Assembly: GCA_964396655.1 (NCBI GenBank)
Contig: CAYNFP010000004.1
Coordinates: 47,310-111,309 of the forward strand
Origin: an uncultured Muribaculaceae bacterium
GTDB taxonomy: Bacteria > Bacillota_I > Bacilli_A > RF39 > UBA660
Direction: 5' to 3'
DNA: 64,000 nucleotides
Part shown: piece by piece, positions 38,436 to 46,381 of the stretch
Numbering within the stretch: position 1 is the stretch's first letter
Layout: every line of letters starts with the position of its first letter
Position numbers and translations under genes: made by a program
Notes under the pieces: model-generated
What the model saw: the letters and a program-made list of their open reading frames with translations, nothing else
Told to the model about the DNA's origin: nothing
The model's database searches: none

Positions 38436-39533
38436 TTAATTTGTAGAACTATTTTCACTAATTCCTTCAATTTTTAATGTTTTTCCAACGGGTTGTATCT
38501 GAATCCAAGTAATTCCATCATTAACATCTATCTCTTCACCATTTAGATATTTGTATACAGTTTGTGCACTTCTACTTGTTTTTTCCCATGTAATAGGAAT
38601 TGCATATCCTTCAGTTATATAATAACCGTTCCCAGTCCCAATATTCTCAAGAGTTTGTCTACCTTTACTTCCAAAATTTGTATTTTTTATTTGATAAGTA
38701 ATAATATTTTTACTTGTATATTGTTCTTTAGTAACATAATCTGTATGTGCTACTCCGCTCATAAATCTTTTATATAATTTTGTTTCTTTATCATATTCAT
38801 AAGATGTATTTGTATAAGAAGAATATTCAATATATACTTTATCTGCCTTTTGTGAAGTAATATATTTAGATAAATCAACTTCATCTGTTGTGTAATTTAA
38901 TAGCATATCTTGATCAGATGTAGTCCTATATCCTTTTTCAGAAATTAAATTATTTATTTTTTCCATACTTGTAAATGCAGTATGTTCACTTGGTTTATTT
39001 AAAGATTTATCTCTCCAATAAAGACCAGAACTATATAAACCATTTAAATTGTTTATTCCCAAAGATTTTATATCACTTAAAGCTTGAGGACTTTGACCAA
39101 AATGCACATAAATTGCATCACTTTCTAATGCATAATCTAAAAAATAATGTCTTGCACTTCTTATAGATCCTATTCTTTCAGTAGTTTGATCCCTAAATAA
39201 AGATAATATTCTAGTAATACCACCTTCTACGATTATTTCATAATTTAAAAATGCATCTTGAAGTCCAGAATGAGGTCTAGCTAACTTATGATTGTTAATC
39301 ATAACAGCTATTACCCTAGTATCAGAATCTTCATCTATTATTTTTAATTTAGGAATTACTACAGGCTCTTCCTCTTCAGGTTTATTATTTTTTATATTTC
39401 CCACACCAAAAATATCTTTAATTTTTGAACTTAAATCAAATTGTTTGTTTAAAAAAAACAAAACTCCAACCAATATTACTAAAAATATTATAAATTTTAA
39501 AAATTTATGTTTCTTTTTTACCATAATTATCAT
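38436..39533 (-). CDS. DUF3048 domain protein (YerB-like)
   Basis: VIAVMINNHKLARPHSGLQDA...VEGGITRILSLF matches the DUF3048 N-terminal signature. Confidence 0.65.
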   Translation of the reverse strand: MIIMVKKKHKFLKFIIFLVILVGVLFFLNKQFDLSSKIKDIFGVGNIKNNKPEEEEPVVIPKLKIIDEDSDTRVIAVMINNHKLARPHSGLQDAFLNYEIIVEGGITRILSLFRDQTTERIGSIRSARHYFLDYALESDAIYVHFGQSPQALSDIKSLGINNLNGLYSSGLYWRDKSLNKPSEHTAFTSMEKINNLISEKGYRTTSDQDMLLNYTTDEVDLSKYITSQKADKVYIEYSSYTNTSYEYDKETKLYKRFMSGVAHTDYVTKEQYTSKNIITYQIKNTNFGSKGRQTLENIGTGNGYYITEGYAIPITWEKTSRSAQTVYKYLNGEEIDVNDGITWIQIQPVGKTLKIEGISENSSTN

Positions 39534-39599
39534 ATACCTCTATATTAATTATATTACTTGAAATAAACTTGTCAAACAAATTATATAAAAAAACAAGTT

Positions 39600-40049
39600 T
39601 TATCTTGCTTTTTTAATTTCATCTTTTTCGAGTCCATAAAATGCTTCATAAATTATATCTTTTTCATCAAAATTAAATTCCCCCGAACCAAAACGACTTA
39701 TAAGTATTAAATCCATATCTGTTGGTTCTTGTCCATAAAAGTTTGCAGAGTAGAACATATATTTACCTATAATATCAAAAGCTTCATGCTCTAATTCTTC
39801 TCCATTAAGATAAGCCTTTATTACTTCTCTAATTGCTATTTCACATTTAATTTTAAGATATTCAAAATAATTAAATTTTTTTTGAATTTCCTCTATTTTT
39901 TTAGTAATCTTTTTTGCTTGAATAAGTCCCCAAAAATTGGGATATATAAAGTTGAGATATTCAAAATCTTTAAGTAATTCTTCTTTTTCTGGACTAACTT
40001 TTTGATATAACTCTTCTAATCTTTTATTATTTTGTTCAATAATTTCCAT
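39600..40049 (-). CDS. hypothetical protein (149 aa)
   Basis: ORF track entry. GGAGGAGC SD. No motif recognised. Confidence 0.6.
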   Translation of the reverse strand: MEIIEQNNKRLEELYQKVSPEKEELLKDFEYLNFIYPNFWGLIQAKKITKKIEEIQKKFNYFEYLKIKCEIAIREVIKAYLNGEELEHEAFDIIGKYMFYSANFYGQEPTDMDLILISRFGSGEFNFDEKDIIYEAFYGLEKDEIKKAR

Positions 40050-40096
40050 TTAAGCTCCTCCACAAAGAAAGTATATATTTTTTTTGCAAAAAAGTC

Positions 40097-40119
40097 AAAA
40101 AAAAGAGATAAATCTCTTT
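40097..40119 (-). terminator. putative terminator after the M23 peptidase gene
   Basis: aaagaga/tctcttt stem, followed by a T-run on the minus strand. Confidence 0.5.
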
Positions 40120-40120
40120 T

Positions 40121-40939
40121 TTATAAAATTAATAATTTGTAAGTATTTAATTCACTTATAACTTGATTTGGGTAAATGTATATATATTCTAAAGGATTTT
40201 TTAAATAACTATATCTTTGGGAAAAAGAATAATTATAATTTTTTGGCACTATCCAAACTTCAAAGTGTAAATGATTTCCTGTACTTCTTCCGGTATTTCC
40301 CATTACTGCAAAAGAACTATTCATAGGTATTACATCATATTTTTTTAATTTAGGGGTTTCTTTCAGATGCAAAAATCTAAATAACATATCATTGATTTCA
40401 TTATAATCAGCAGAAGCTACAATATAATTTCCAGCATCATTTGCGGAAGAATTCACAAGTATTCTCATATCTAAGGGGGCATATATTAAAGGATTTTTAC
40501 CACCATGTTCTTTATTCCAACCCAAATCTATACCGTTATGGGTTTTAAATTTAAAACCTTGAGTTATTCCTATATAATTTAGAGGATATCTTGGTTTTAT
40601 TTTATTTAAATATCTCAATTTCTTCAAATTTATTTTATCTAAAATTCCATTGACTTCTAAATTGTTCTTTTGTTGAAAAGTTTTTATTTCATTAATGGTT
40701 TTATTTCCAACTATGCCATCTATTTTCAATTTTAATTTATTTAGTTTTAATTGAATTAATTTCCAAGTTTCCAACATTTTATTTGTTGTATTACTACCAA
40801 ATATTCCATCTATTTTTAAACCATAATCTTTTTGAAATTCTTTAGTGGCTTTTTTAGAAAGATTACCAAATATTCCATCTATTTTATATTTATAGTAACC
40901 TAAATATTTTAATTCTTTTTGTTTTAATTTATTGTCCAT
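40121..40939 (-). CDS. peptidoglycan-binding (PG_binding_1 repeats) + M23 metallopeptidase
   Basis: Three to four IDGIFG..T......FQ repeats, then HNGIDLG and GNTGRSTGNHLHFEV. Confidence 0.8.
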   Translation of the reverse strand: MDNKLKQKELKYLGYYKYKIDGIFGNLSKKATKEFQKDYGLKIDGIFGSNTTNKMLETWKLIQLKLNKLKLKIDGIVGNKTINEIKTFQQKNNLEVNGILDKINLKKLRYLNKIKPRYPLNYIGITQGFKFKTHNGIDLGWNKEHGGKNPLIYAPLDMRILVNSSANDAGNYIVASADYNEINDMLFRFLHLKETPKLKKYDVIPMNSSFAVMGNTGRSTGNHLHFEVWIVPKNYNYSFSQRYSYLKNPLEYIYIYPNQVISELNTYKLLIL

Positions 40940-41135
40940 CTATCTCACTCTCACTAACTTGATCTCCGTTATCTTTACAACGTCGTGTAAAATAATAAGT
41001 TATAATAGCCATAGTCACTGTCATAAAAGTTTCCATCTCTATCATACCTTTTAAAGCTAAAAAACAAGTGGTCAAACTGAATAAAATACTTAATATTGAT
41101 TTAACTTTTAATAGTTCATATAAGTATTTTTTCAT
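40929..41135 (-). CDS. small two-TM protein with charged C-terminal tail (holin-like)
   Basis: 68 aa, two hydrophobic segments, tail RRCKDNGDQVSESEIDGQ. Overlaps the peptidase gene start by 11 nt. AAGGAAG SD. Confidence 0.5.
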   Translation of the reverse strand: MKKYLYELLKVKSILSILFSLTTCFLALKGMIEMETFMTVTMAIITYYFTRRCKDNGDQVSESEIDGQ

Positions 41136-41240
41136 AATTCACTTCCTTTTGTATTATTTATTAATACAATATATTTTATTTTATTTAATTTTTATTGAAT
41201 ATACTAATATAATAAAAGTTATTTAAAATAGTTAAATATA

Positions 41241-41269
41241 TTGATAAAATCAATGTTTTTTGATATAAT
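41241..41269 (+). promoter_or_regulatory. sigma-A type promoter for ssrA
   Basis: TTGATA (41241-46), 17 nt, TATAAT (41264-69), with an upstream TG (extended -10). Lies about 18 nt before the mature tmRNA 5' end. Confidence 0.65.
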
Positions 41270-41286
41270 TATATGCATACAACTAT

Positions 41287-41637
41287 GGGGCTGAATTGAT
41301 TCGACAATTTATTAGACTTTAAAATGCAAGTAGTAGACATACTATAAATGTTATCCGAAAATAAACGGAGAAAAAAATAATTTTGCACCTGCTTTTGCCT
41401 AATTTAGCATAGCAAGTGGTTCCACCTTACCTTTGTTTGCGAGGTAAGCCATGGGACTCATAAAAGCAAACTATATTGTTTATTTGTTTAGGATAAATAA
41501 TGAAAATTACTAAACTTAGATAATTAATGGAAAGATAGTAATCCATATTAGTTATTGAAATATAAAACTATCTAAACTTGTAGATATTTTTTAGAATAAT
41601 ACTTTGGACACGAGTTCGATACTCGTCAGCTCCACCA
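41287..41637 (+). ncRNA. ssrA: tmRNA (SsrA)
   Basis: 5' GGGGCTGAATTGATTCGACA and 3' GGACACGAGTTCGATACTCGTCAGCTCCACCA form a tRNA-Ala-like acceptor with G3:U70. The tag reading frame at 41367-41402 reads GGA GAA AAA AAT AAT TTT GCA CCT GCT TTT GCC TAA. Confidence 0.92.
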
Positions 41638-41648
41638 AATGATAATTC

Positions 41649-41673
41649 AACTTCTTTTAATAGAAGTTTTTTT
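41649..41673 (+). terminator. intrinsic terminator after ssrA
   Basis: aacttct/agaagtt stem, loop tttaat, T5+ tail. Confidence 0.7.
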
Positions 41674-41703
41674 ATGCTAAAATTAAATAAAGGAAATAAT
41701 ACT

Positions 41704-42181
41704 ATGGAAGTTAATAAAGAATATATAAATGAGTATAAAAAAATTATGAAAACAACCAATATACAAAAAGGATATCAAGAATTAATTAAGTTTTTTCGCT
41801 ATTTAAAAATATATTTGGAAAAAGAATTAAAAGAATATACTTTTGCTGGTAATATAGTTGAAAACAGTATGGATTATTCATATTTTCAATTTACTAATAA
41901 AAAATTAAAATCTAATGGATTGAAAATTGTAATTGCTTTTGTACATAAAGTATTTTAATTATGAAATTTGGTTATCTGGATTTAATAGAGATATTCAAAA
42001 TAAATACTTTAAAATATTAAAAGAAAAAAGTCAAAAGTATACTTTGACTAATAATCCTAATAAAACAGATTATATACTAAAAACAGATATAAATTCCAAT
42101 CATGATTATGATAATTTGCATGAGTTATTAAAGCAAATGAAAGTTAGTATTACTGAGTTTATAAGTGATTTAACAATATGA
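41704..42181 (+). pseudogene. hypothetical gene split by a +1 frameshift at a T4 run (41953-41956)
   Basis: ORFs 41674..41958 and 41933..42181 overlap by 26 nt. The second has no ATG or SD. Removing one T joins ...LKIVIAFVHKVF to NYEIWLSGFNRDIQNKYF... Confidence 0.5.
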
Positions 42182-42186
42182 ATATA

Positions 42187-42214
42187 TTGACTTAAAATAA
42201 AAGTAGTATATAAT
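42187..42214 (+). promoter_or_regulatory. near-consensus sigma-A promoter
   Basis: TTGACT, 16 nt, TATAAT, about 30 nt upstream of the 42247 ATG. Confidence 0.5.
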
Positions 42215-42246
42215 AAATGTTAAATTTATAAAGGAGAAAATTTAAT

Positions 42247-42897
42247 ATGTCAAAAGAAAATGAAAGACCCTATAATGATGAACAAACTATTGCAATTAAT
42301 GATGAAGCAAAATTAATTATAAGATCTTTTTGGTGTTACAGTGATCTTTGTGCTCATGGATTTATAAAATATGATAATCAAGAAGAAATTAAGTTTGGAT
42401 TTATTGATACGGCTTCACCAAGTGATTTTTTTGTTCCATCTTATTTTAAAACAACAAATAATTATGTTGCTATTTGCCACCCTACTCATGATGGTAGTTT
42501 TGAAGTAGAAGAGATATTTGATGTTCAAAAGAAGCGCAAATTAGAAATCGGACTAACAGAAAGAATACAAGCTATTAAAAATTTTAAAATAGAAGTTTTT
42601 AAAGCAAGTTGGGATAAATTAGATAATAGAGATAAAGAGATAATAAAACAAAACTATGAAAATCCAGACAATGATGAAACTGATTGTTTCCGTTTAATGA
42701 TTAAAAGTATAGCAAAAGCTATGAATACCATTTCAGATTTAGAATGTGATTCAAAAGAGAGAGAAGATAATATTCATGAATTCTTACATTCATTATTAAG
42801 TCTTGGATTTTTAAAAAACGAAGCAAAACAATTATTAATTGATTGTGTAATTAATGGTAACGAAAAAAACAATTTAATTTTAAAGCATCTTATTTAA
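42247..42897 (+). CDS. hypothetical protein (216 aa)
   Basis: AAAGGAGAAA SD. No motif recognised. Confidence 0.65.
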   Translation: MSKENERPYNDEQTIAINDEAKLIIRSFWCYSDLCAHGFIKYDNQEEIKFGFIDTASPSDFFVPSYFKTTNNYVAICHPTHDGSFEVEEIFDVQKKRKLEIGLTERIQAIKNFKIEVFKASWDKLDNRDKEIIKQNYENPDNDETDCFRLMIKSIAKAMNTISDLECDSKEREDNIHEFLHSLLSLGFLKNEAKQLLIDCVINGNEKNNLILKHLI

Positions 42898-42907
42898 AGA
42901 TGTTTTT

Positions 42908-43348
42908 TTAATCTAAGGATAAAGTTAATTTAGATATTGTAAATTCATTTGAAACTTCTCTTAAATATCTGATAAATGCTTCTGTATACCTAAATGAAAA
43001 TTTATTTTCAGTAGATGAAATTTCTATATCAGTTTTAATACATAGTTCTAAATCTTCACAAAAAATATTGCTTTTAATTAGATTTTCAATTGAGTATATT
43101 AATTCATTAATATACTTTGTGTATATTAACAATTCTTTTTCAAGATCTTTACCTAATCCGATTTCTATTTTTTTGTATATTAAAGAAACTAGATATTTCA
43201 TAGTTCTTACCATATAATTAGATATTCCTTCTTTGCTTTTTAAATACCAATTATTATCTATACCTAGAAGCACTCTAAATTCTTCTAATCCAAAATTATT
43301 CTTGATTTCTTCTATTATATCTTGTTTTTGTTTTTTTATATTTTCCAT
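42908..43348 (-). CDS. hypothetical protein (146 aa)
   Basis: AAAGGAGAAA SD. No motif recognised. Confidence 0.6.
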   Translation of the reverse strand: MENIKKQKQDIIEEIKNNFGLEEFRVLLGIDNNWYLKSKEGISNYMVRTMKYLVSLIYKKIEIGLGKDLEKELLIYTKYINELIYSIENLIKSNIFCEDLELCIKTDIEISSTENKFSFRYTEAFIRYLREVSNEFTISKLTLSLD

Positions 43349-43423
43349 TAAATTTCTCCTTTTAAATAGTATTTATTATATTATAATATTTAACATTGTC
43401 AATAATGACCAAATATACAAATA

Positions 43424-43451
43424 TTGACAAAATTATATTTTTTGATATAAT
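43424..43451 (+). promoter_or_regulatory. consensus sigma-A promoter
   Basis: TTGACA, 16 nt, TATAAT, with TG two bases upstream of the -10. Confidence 0.55.
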
Positions 43452-43479
43452 AATAATCAAAATTTATTGGAGGTATTGT

Positions 43480-43749
43480 ATGTCATTAAGTAGAAAAAGT
43501 GTATGGGATTTTGATTTAAAAGAGCCTAGTGATGAAGATATTAGACAAATAGAGTTAGAAAAAGAATATGATTATGATGGTATACCAGAATTAGGATTAG
43601 AAAGAGAATTCGGTTGTATAGATACATCAAAAACAGTTTTAGATTCATTAGAAGTACACTCAAGAGATGAAAACGAAGAAGATCTTGGATTTGCAGATTC
43701 AGTTATAGGAAATTTTACTGAAAAAGCAATAAGAAGAATTTTAAGATAA
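43480..43749 (+). CDS. small acidic hypothetical protein (89 aa, MSLSRKSVWDFDLKEPSDED...)
   Basis: Start moved to the ATG preceded by a GGAGG SD; the ORF-track start sits inside the promoter. Confidence 0.6.
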   Translation: MSLSRKSVWDFDLKEPSDEDIRQIELEKEYDYDGIPELGLEREFGCIDTSKTVLDSLEVHSRDENEEDLGFADSVIGNFTEKAIRRILR

Positions 43750-43750
43750 T

Positions 43751-43776
43751 AAAAGAACTCAAAAATGAGTTCTTTT
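43751..43776. terminator. bidirectional intrinsic terminator between convergent genes
   Basis: 11-bp stem aaaagaactca/tgagttctttt, 4-nt loop, A/T runs on both sides. Confidence 0.7.
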
Positions 43777-43779
43777 ATT

Positions 43780-44907
43780 TTATTCTAAAGTTTCATTGAT
43801 TAAATTATATATTTTTAATAAAGAGTTATTGCTATCTATATTATTGTAACTATCTTGATATTTTTTAAATTTATTTGAGCCTTGCATAAACTTTGTTATA
43901 TTAGATTTAAAGGTAAACATAAAGTTAATAGAAAATCCGTGATTATTTTTAGATACAAATTTTGCATTATATCTTTCTACTGCCATACTTGGTAAAAGCA
44001 TCATTACTTTTTTCATTTCTATGCATTCTGTTACAGTTGCTCCACCAGGTTTTGTTATAATTAAATTTGCAATTTTCATTAATTCTAATACTTCTGTTAT
44101 AAAGCCATAAACATGAACATGTTTTTTATGTAATTTTTTTTGTAAATCTAAAGCTCTTTCTTTTAATTTTTTATCTTTTCCAGCCACAAATATAATTTCT
44201 GCTGAAGTATTCATTTTTAAAAGTTCTTTATAATACTTAAAGTAAGATTGTTTACCTTCTCCACCTCCACCAAAAAATAATATAACTTTTCTGGTTGGAT
44301 TAATATTATATTTTTTATATATTTTTTTATCAGAAGGAAGTTTATTTAATTGAAATATATTAAATGGTAACCCATATGGATAAATCTTTTTAGAAAAGCA
44401 TTTTTTCTTTATCATTTCTTCTTTTACTATATCATTTGCTACTATAAACATTTCATTTTTATCTTTACATGAAAGCCAAAAATCATGAATTTTATAATCA
44501 GTTACTATAGTCATTAACTTGCTTTCTATTTTATGACTTTTATTTAATTTTGCTATAATATTATTTGCATAAAAATGAGTTGCTATTGTTAAATCTGGAT
44601 TTATATCACATATTACTTTTTCTAACTTTTTATTTGAAATAATGTTTTTAGAATATATATTATTTAATAATCTAAATATTTTATTATCTGTTAATTTATA
44701 AACACTTGTTATTAAATAATCAAATCTATGACTAAAAAGATAAATATATATTTTTGCTGAAAGTTTTGTAAGTCTATCAACATAATCTAATATATCTATT
44801 GCGGTTACTTCATATTTATTTTCTATTTCAATATAGTTTTTTATATAATTGGCAATTGATTTATGTCCATTTCCATAAGAAGCATATATTATTAAAATTT
44901 TTTTCAT
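43780..44907 (-). CDS. diacylglycerol glycosyltransferase (MGDG synthase/UgtP-like, GT28 family)
   Basis: N-terminal KILIIYASYGNGHKSIA. C-terminal ITKPGGATVTE typical of the family. Confidence 0.7.
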   Translation of the reverse strand: MKKILIIYASYGNGHKSIANYIKNYIEIENKYEVTAIDILDYVDRLTKLSAKIYIYLFSHRFDYLITSVYKLTDNKIFRLLNNIYSKNIISNKKLEKVICDINPDLTIATHFYANNIIAKLNKSHKIESKLMTIVTDYKIHDFWLSCKDKNEMFIVANDIVKEEMIKKKCFSKKIYPYGLPFNIFQLNKLPSDKKIYKKYNINPTRKVILFFGGGGEGKQSYFKYYKELLKMNTSAEIIFVAGKDKKLKERALDLQKKLHKKHVHVYGFITEVLELMKIANLIITKPGGATVTECIEMKKVMMLLPSMAVERYNAKFVSKNNHGFSINFMFTFKSNITKFMQGSNKFKKYQDSYNNIDSNNSLLKIYNLINETLE

Positions 44908-44990
44908 TTTTTTCTCTCTTCTAAATTATATTTGCAATAACAATATTATAACACTTTTTTAAAAATTAAAAGATATATTTTCATATATCT

Positions 44991-45935
44991 TTACGGTCTA
45001 AGTCTCAAAACTATTTCCTCGTTTTTTGGAATATATTGTCTATATTTTATTCCTGATTTATCAAATATTCTTTTAGACGCAATTACACCATCTGTATCTT
45101 TATATTTATCAGATAAATATATTACCTCTTTAATTCCTGATTGCACAATTAATTGAGCACATTGATTACAAGGAAATAATGCAACATATATTCTAGAATT
45201 TTTTAGACTTTGTCCTTGCCCTACACAATGCATAATTGCATTAGCTTCAGCATGTACAACCAATGGATATTTATTATCGTGATATCCTCCATCTCTTCCC
45301 CAAGGAAATATATCATCATCCCAATTTGATGGAGCTCCATTATATCCAGTAGCAAGTATTATATTGTCTTCATTTACTATACAAGCTCCAACTTGTGTTG
45401 AAGGGTCTTTACTTCTTAAAGCTGTAAGCTTTGCTACCGCCATAAAATATTCATCCCAACTTATACAATCATCTCTTTGTAAATCGTGTATTTTTGACTT
45501 TTCAGATTCTTCATATTCTTGAATTTCAAGACTTTTTGTAAATCCTATTTCTTCATATCCAAGAGATTTTAATTCTCTTTCAATAATAAATTGTGCTTCT
45601 TCAATAGATTTTAAATCAAAATCATCTCTAACAAATCCAAAACAAATCATAATTTTATTATTTTTTGTTCTTTTTACTAATTCTTTTCTAGTATTTAATA
45701 ATTGTCTACACACACTTCTTATAGTGGCCTCTATTAAATCAGAACACTCAAGTTTAAATTTTTGTTTATCTTTTTCATAGATATTAAAATAAACAGGTAT
45801 ATATAATTCATCTATCCCAGGTTTATTAATAAGAAAAGTTTTTAAAGTTAAATTATCTTTTTTTTCAAAATTATTAACTACAACTCCTGTTTTTTCACAT
45901 TTATAAACCCCATTGTTTTTTAAATTAAAATTCAT
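44991..45935 (-). CDS. dCMP deaminase (eukaryote/phage-like CDA fold) with an unrecognised ~150-aa N-terminal extension
   Basis: WDEYFM, GYNG, HAEANAI and PCNQCAQLI zinc motifs in the C-terminal half. The N-terminal half has no motif I recognise. Start placed at the ATG 8 nt after the GGGAGG SD. Confidence 0.75.
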   Translation of the reverse strand: MNFNLKNNGVYKCEKTGVVVNNFEKKDNLTLKTFLINKPGIDELYIPVYFNIYEKDKQKFKLECSDLIEATIRSVCRQLLNTRKELVKRTKNNKIMICFGFVRDDFDLKSIEEAQFIIERELKSLGYEEIGFTKSLEIQEYEESEKSKIHDLQRDDCISWDEYFMAVAKLTALRSKDPSTQVGACIVNEDNIILATGYNGAPSNWDDDIFPWGRDGGYHDNKYPLVVHAEANAIMHCVGQGQSLKNSRIYVALFPCNQCAQLIVQSGIKEVIYLSDKYKDTDGVIASKRIFDKSGIKYRQYIPKNEEIVLRLRP

Positions 45936-45961
45936 AATCAAAACCTCCCTTTAGAATATAA

Positions 45962-46381
45962 TTAAAATTCTCTTCTTTGAATATCTCTTTCTTTAATTGT
46001 TTGTCTTTTATCATAAAGTTTTTTACCTTTACATAAACCCAAAAGTATCTTTGCTTTACCTCTTAAAAAATATAATTTTAGTGGTATTAAAGTGTAATTA
46101 TTAAGCTCAACTTGTTTAGATAATTTCTTTATTTCACTTTTATGAAGTAATAATTTTCTTTCTCTAGTTTCATCATGATTGAAATTATTTCCTTCTTTAT
46201 ACTTGGATATAAACATATTAATTAAATATATTTCATTATCTTTTACTCTTCCATAAGAATCATTTATATTAGCAGAACCTTCTCTTATACTTTTTACTTC
46301 TGTACCAACAAGCTCTATTCCACATTCTATTTCTTCTTCTATAAAGTAATTAAATCTTGCTTTTCTATTGAATATTTCCAT
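45962..46381 (-). CDS. smpB: SsrA-binding protein
   Basis: NRKARFNYFIEE...GIELVGTEVKS...LLLHK. Start trimmed to MEIFNRKA. Confidence 0.9.
   Translation of the reverse strand: MEIFNRKARFNYFIEEEIECGIELVGTEVKSIREGSANINDSYGRVKDNEIYLINMFISKYKEGNNFNHDETRERKLLLHKSEIKKLSKQVELNNYTLIPLKLYFLRGKAKILLGLCKGKKLYDKRQTIKERDIQRREF

Noticed and set aside
33921-39561. Antisense or alternative-frame ORFs: 33921..34304, 34487..34672, 35455..35751, 36815..37150, 38562..38777, 38975..39166, 39292..39561.
   Set aside because: Same reasoning: they are shadows of the pilin-like, cdaR/cdaA and DUF3048 genes. They have no independent start signals.
41361-41418. An alternative tmRNA tag frame, ACG GAG AAA AAA ATA ATT TTG CAC CTG CTT TTG CCT AAT TTA GCA TAG (TEKKIILHLLLPNLA).
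   Set aside because: The GGA-start frame gives a tag whose composition (polar N-terminus, hydrophobic Ala-rich end) and distance from the 5' domain match known tags such as B. subtilis GKTNSFNQNVALAA. The alternative is Leu-rich and atypical. It still needs a covariance-model check.
41568-41759. A 63-codon minus-strand ORF overlapping the 3' end of the tmRNA.
   Set aside because: It overlaps the tmRNA acceptor/T-arm and its terminator. The tmRNA call explains the sequence far better.
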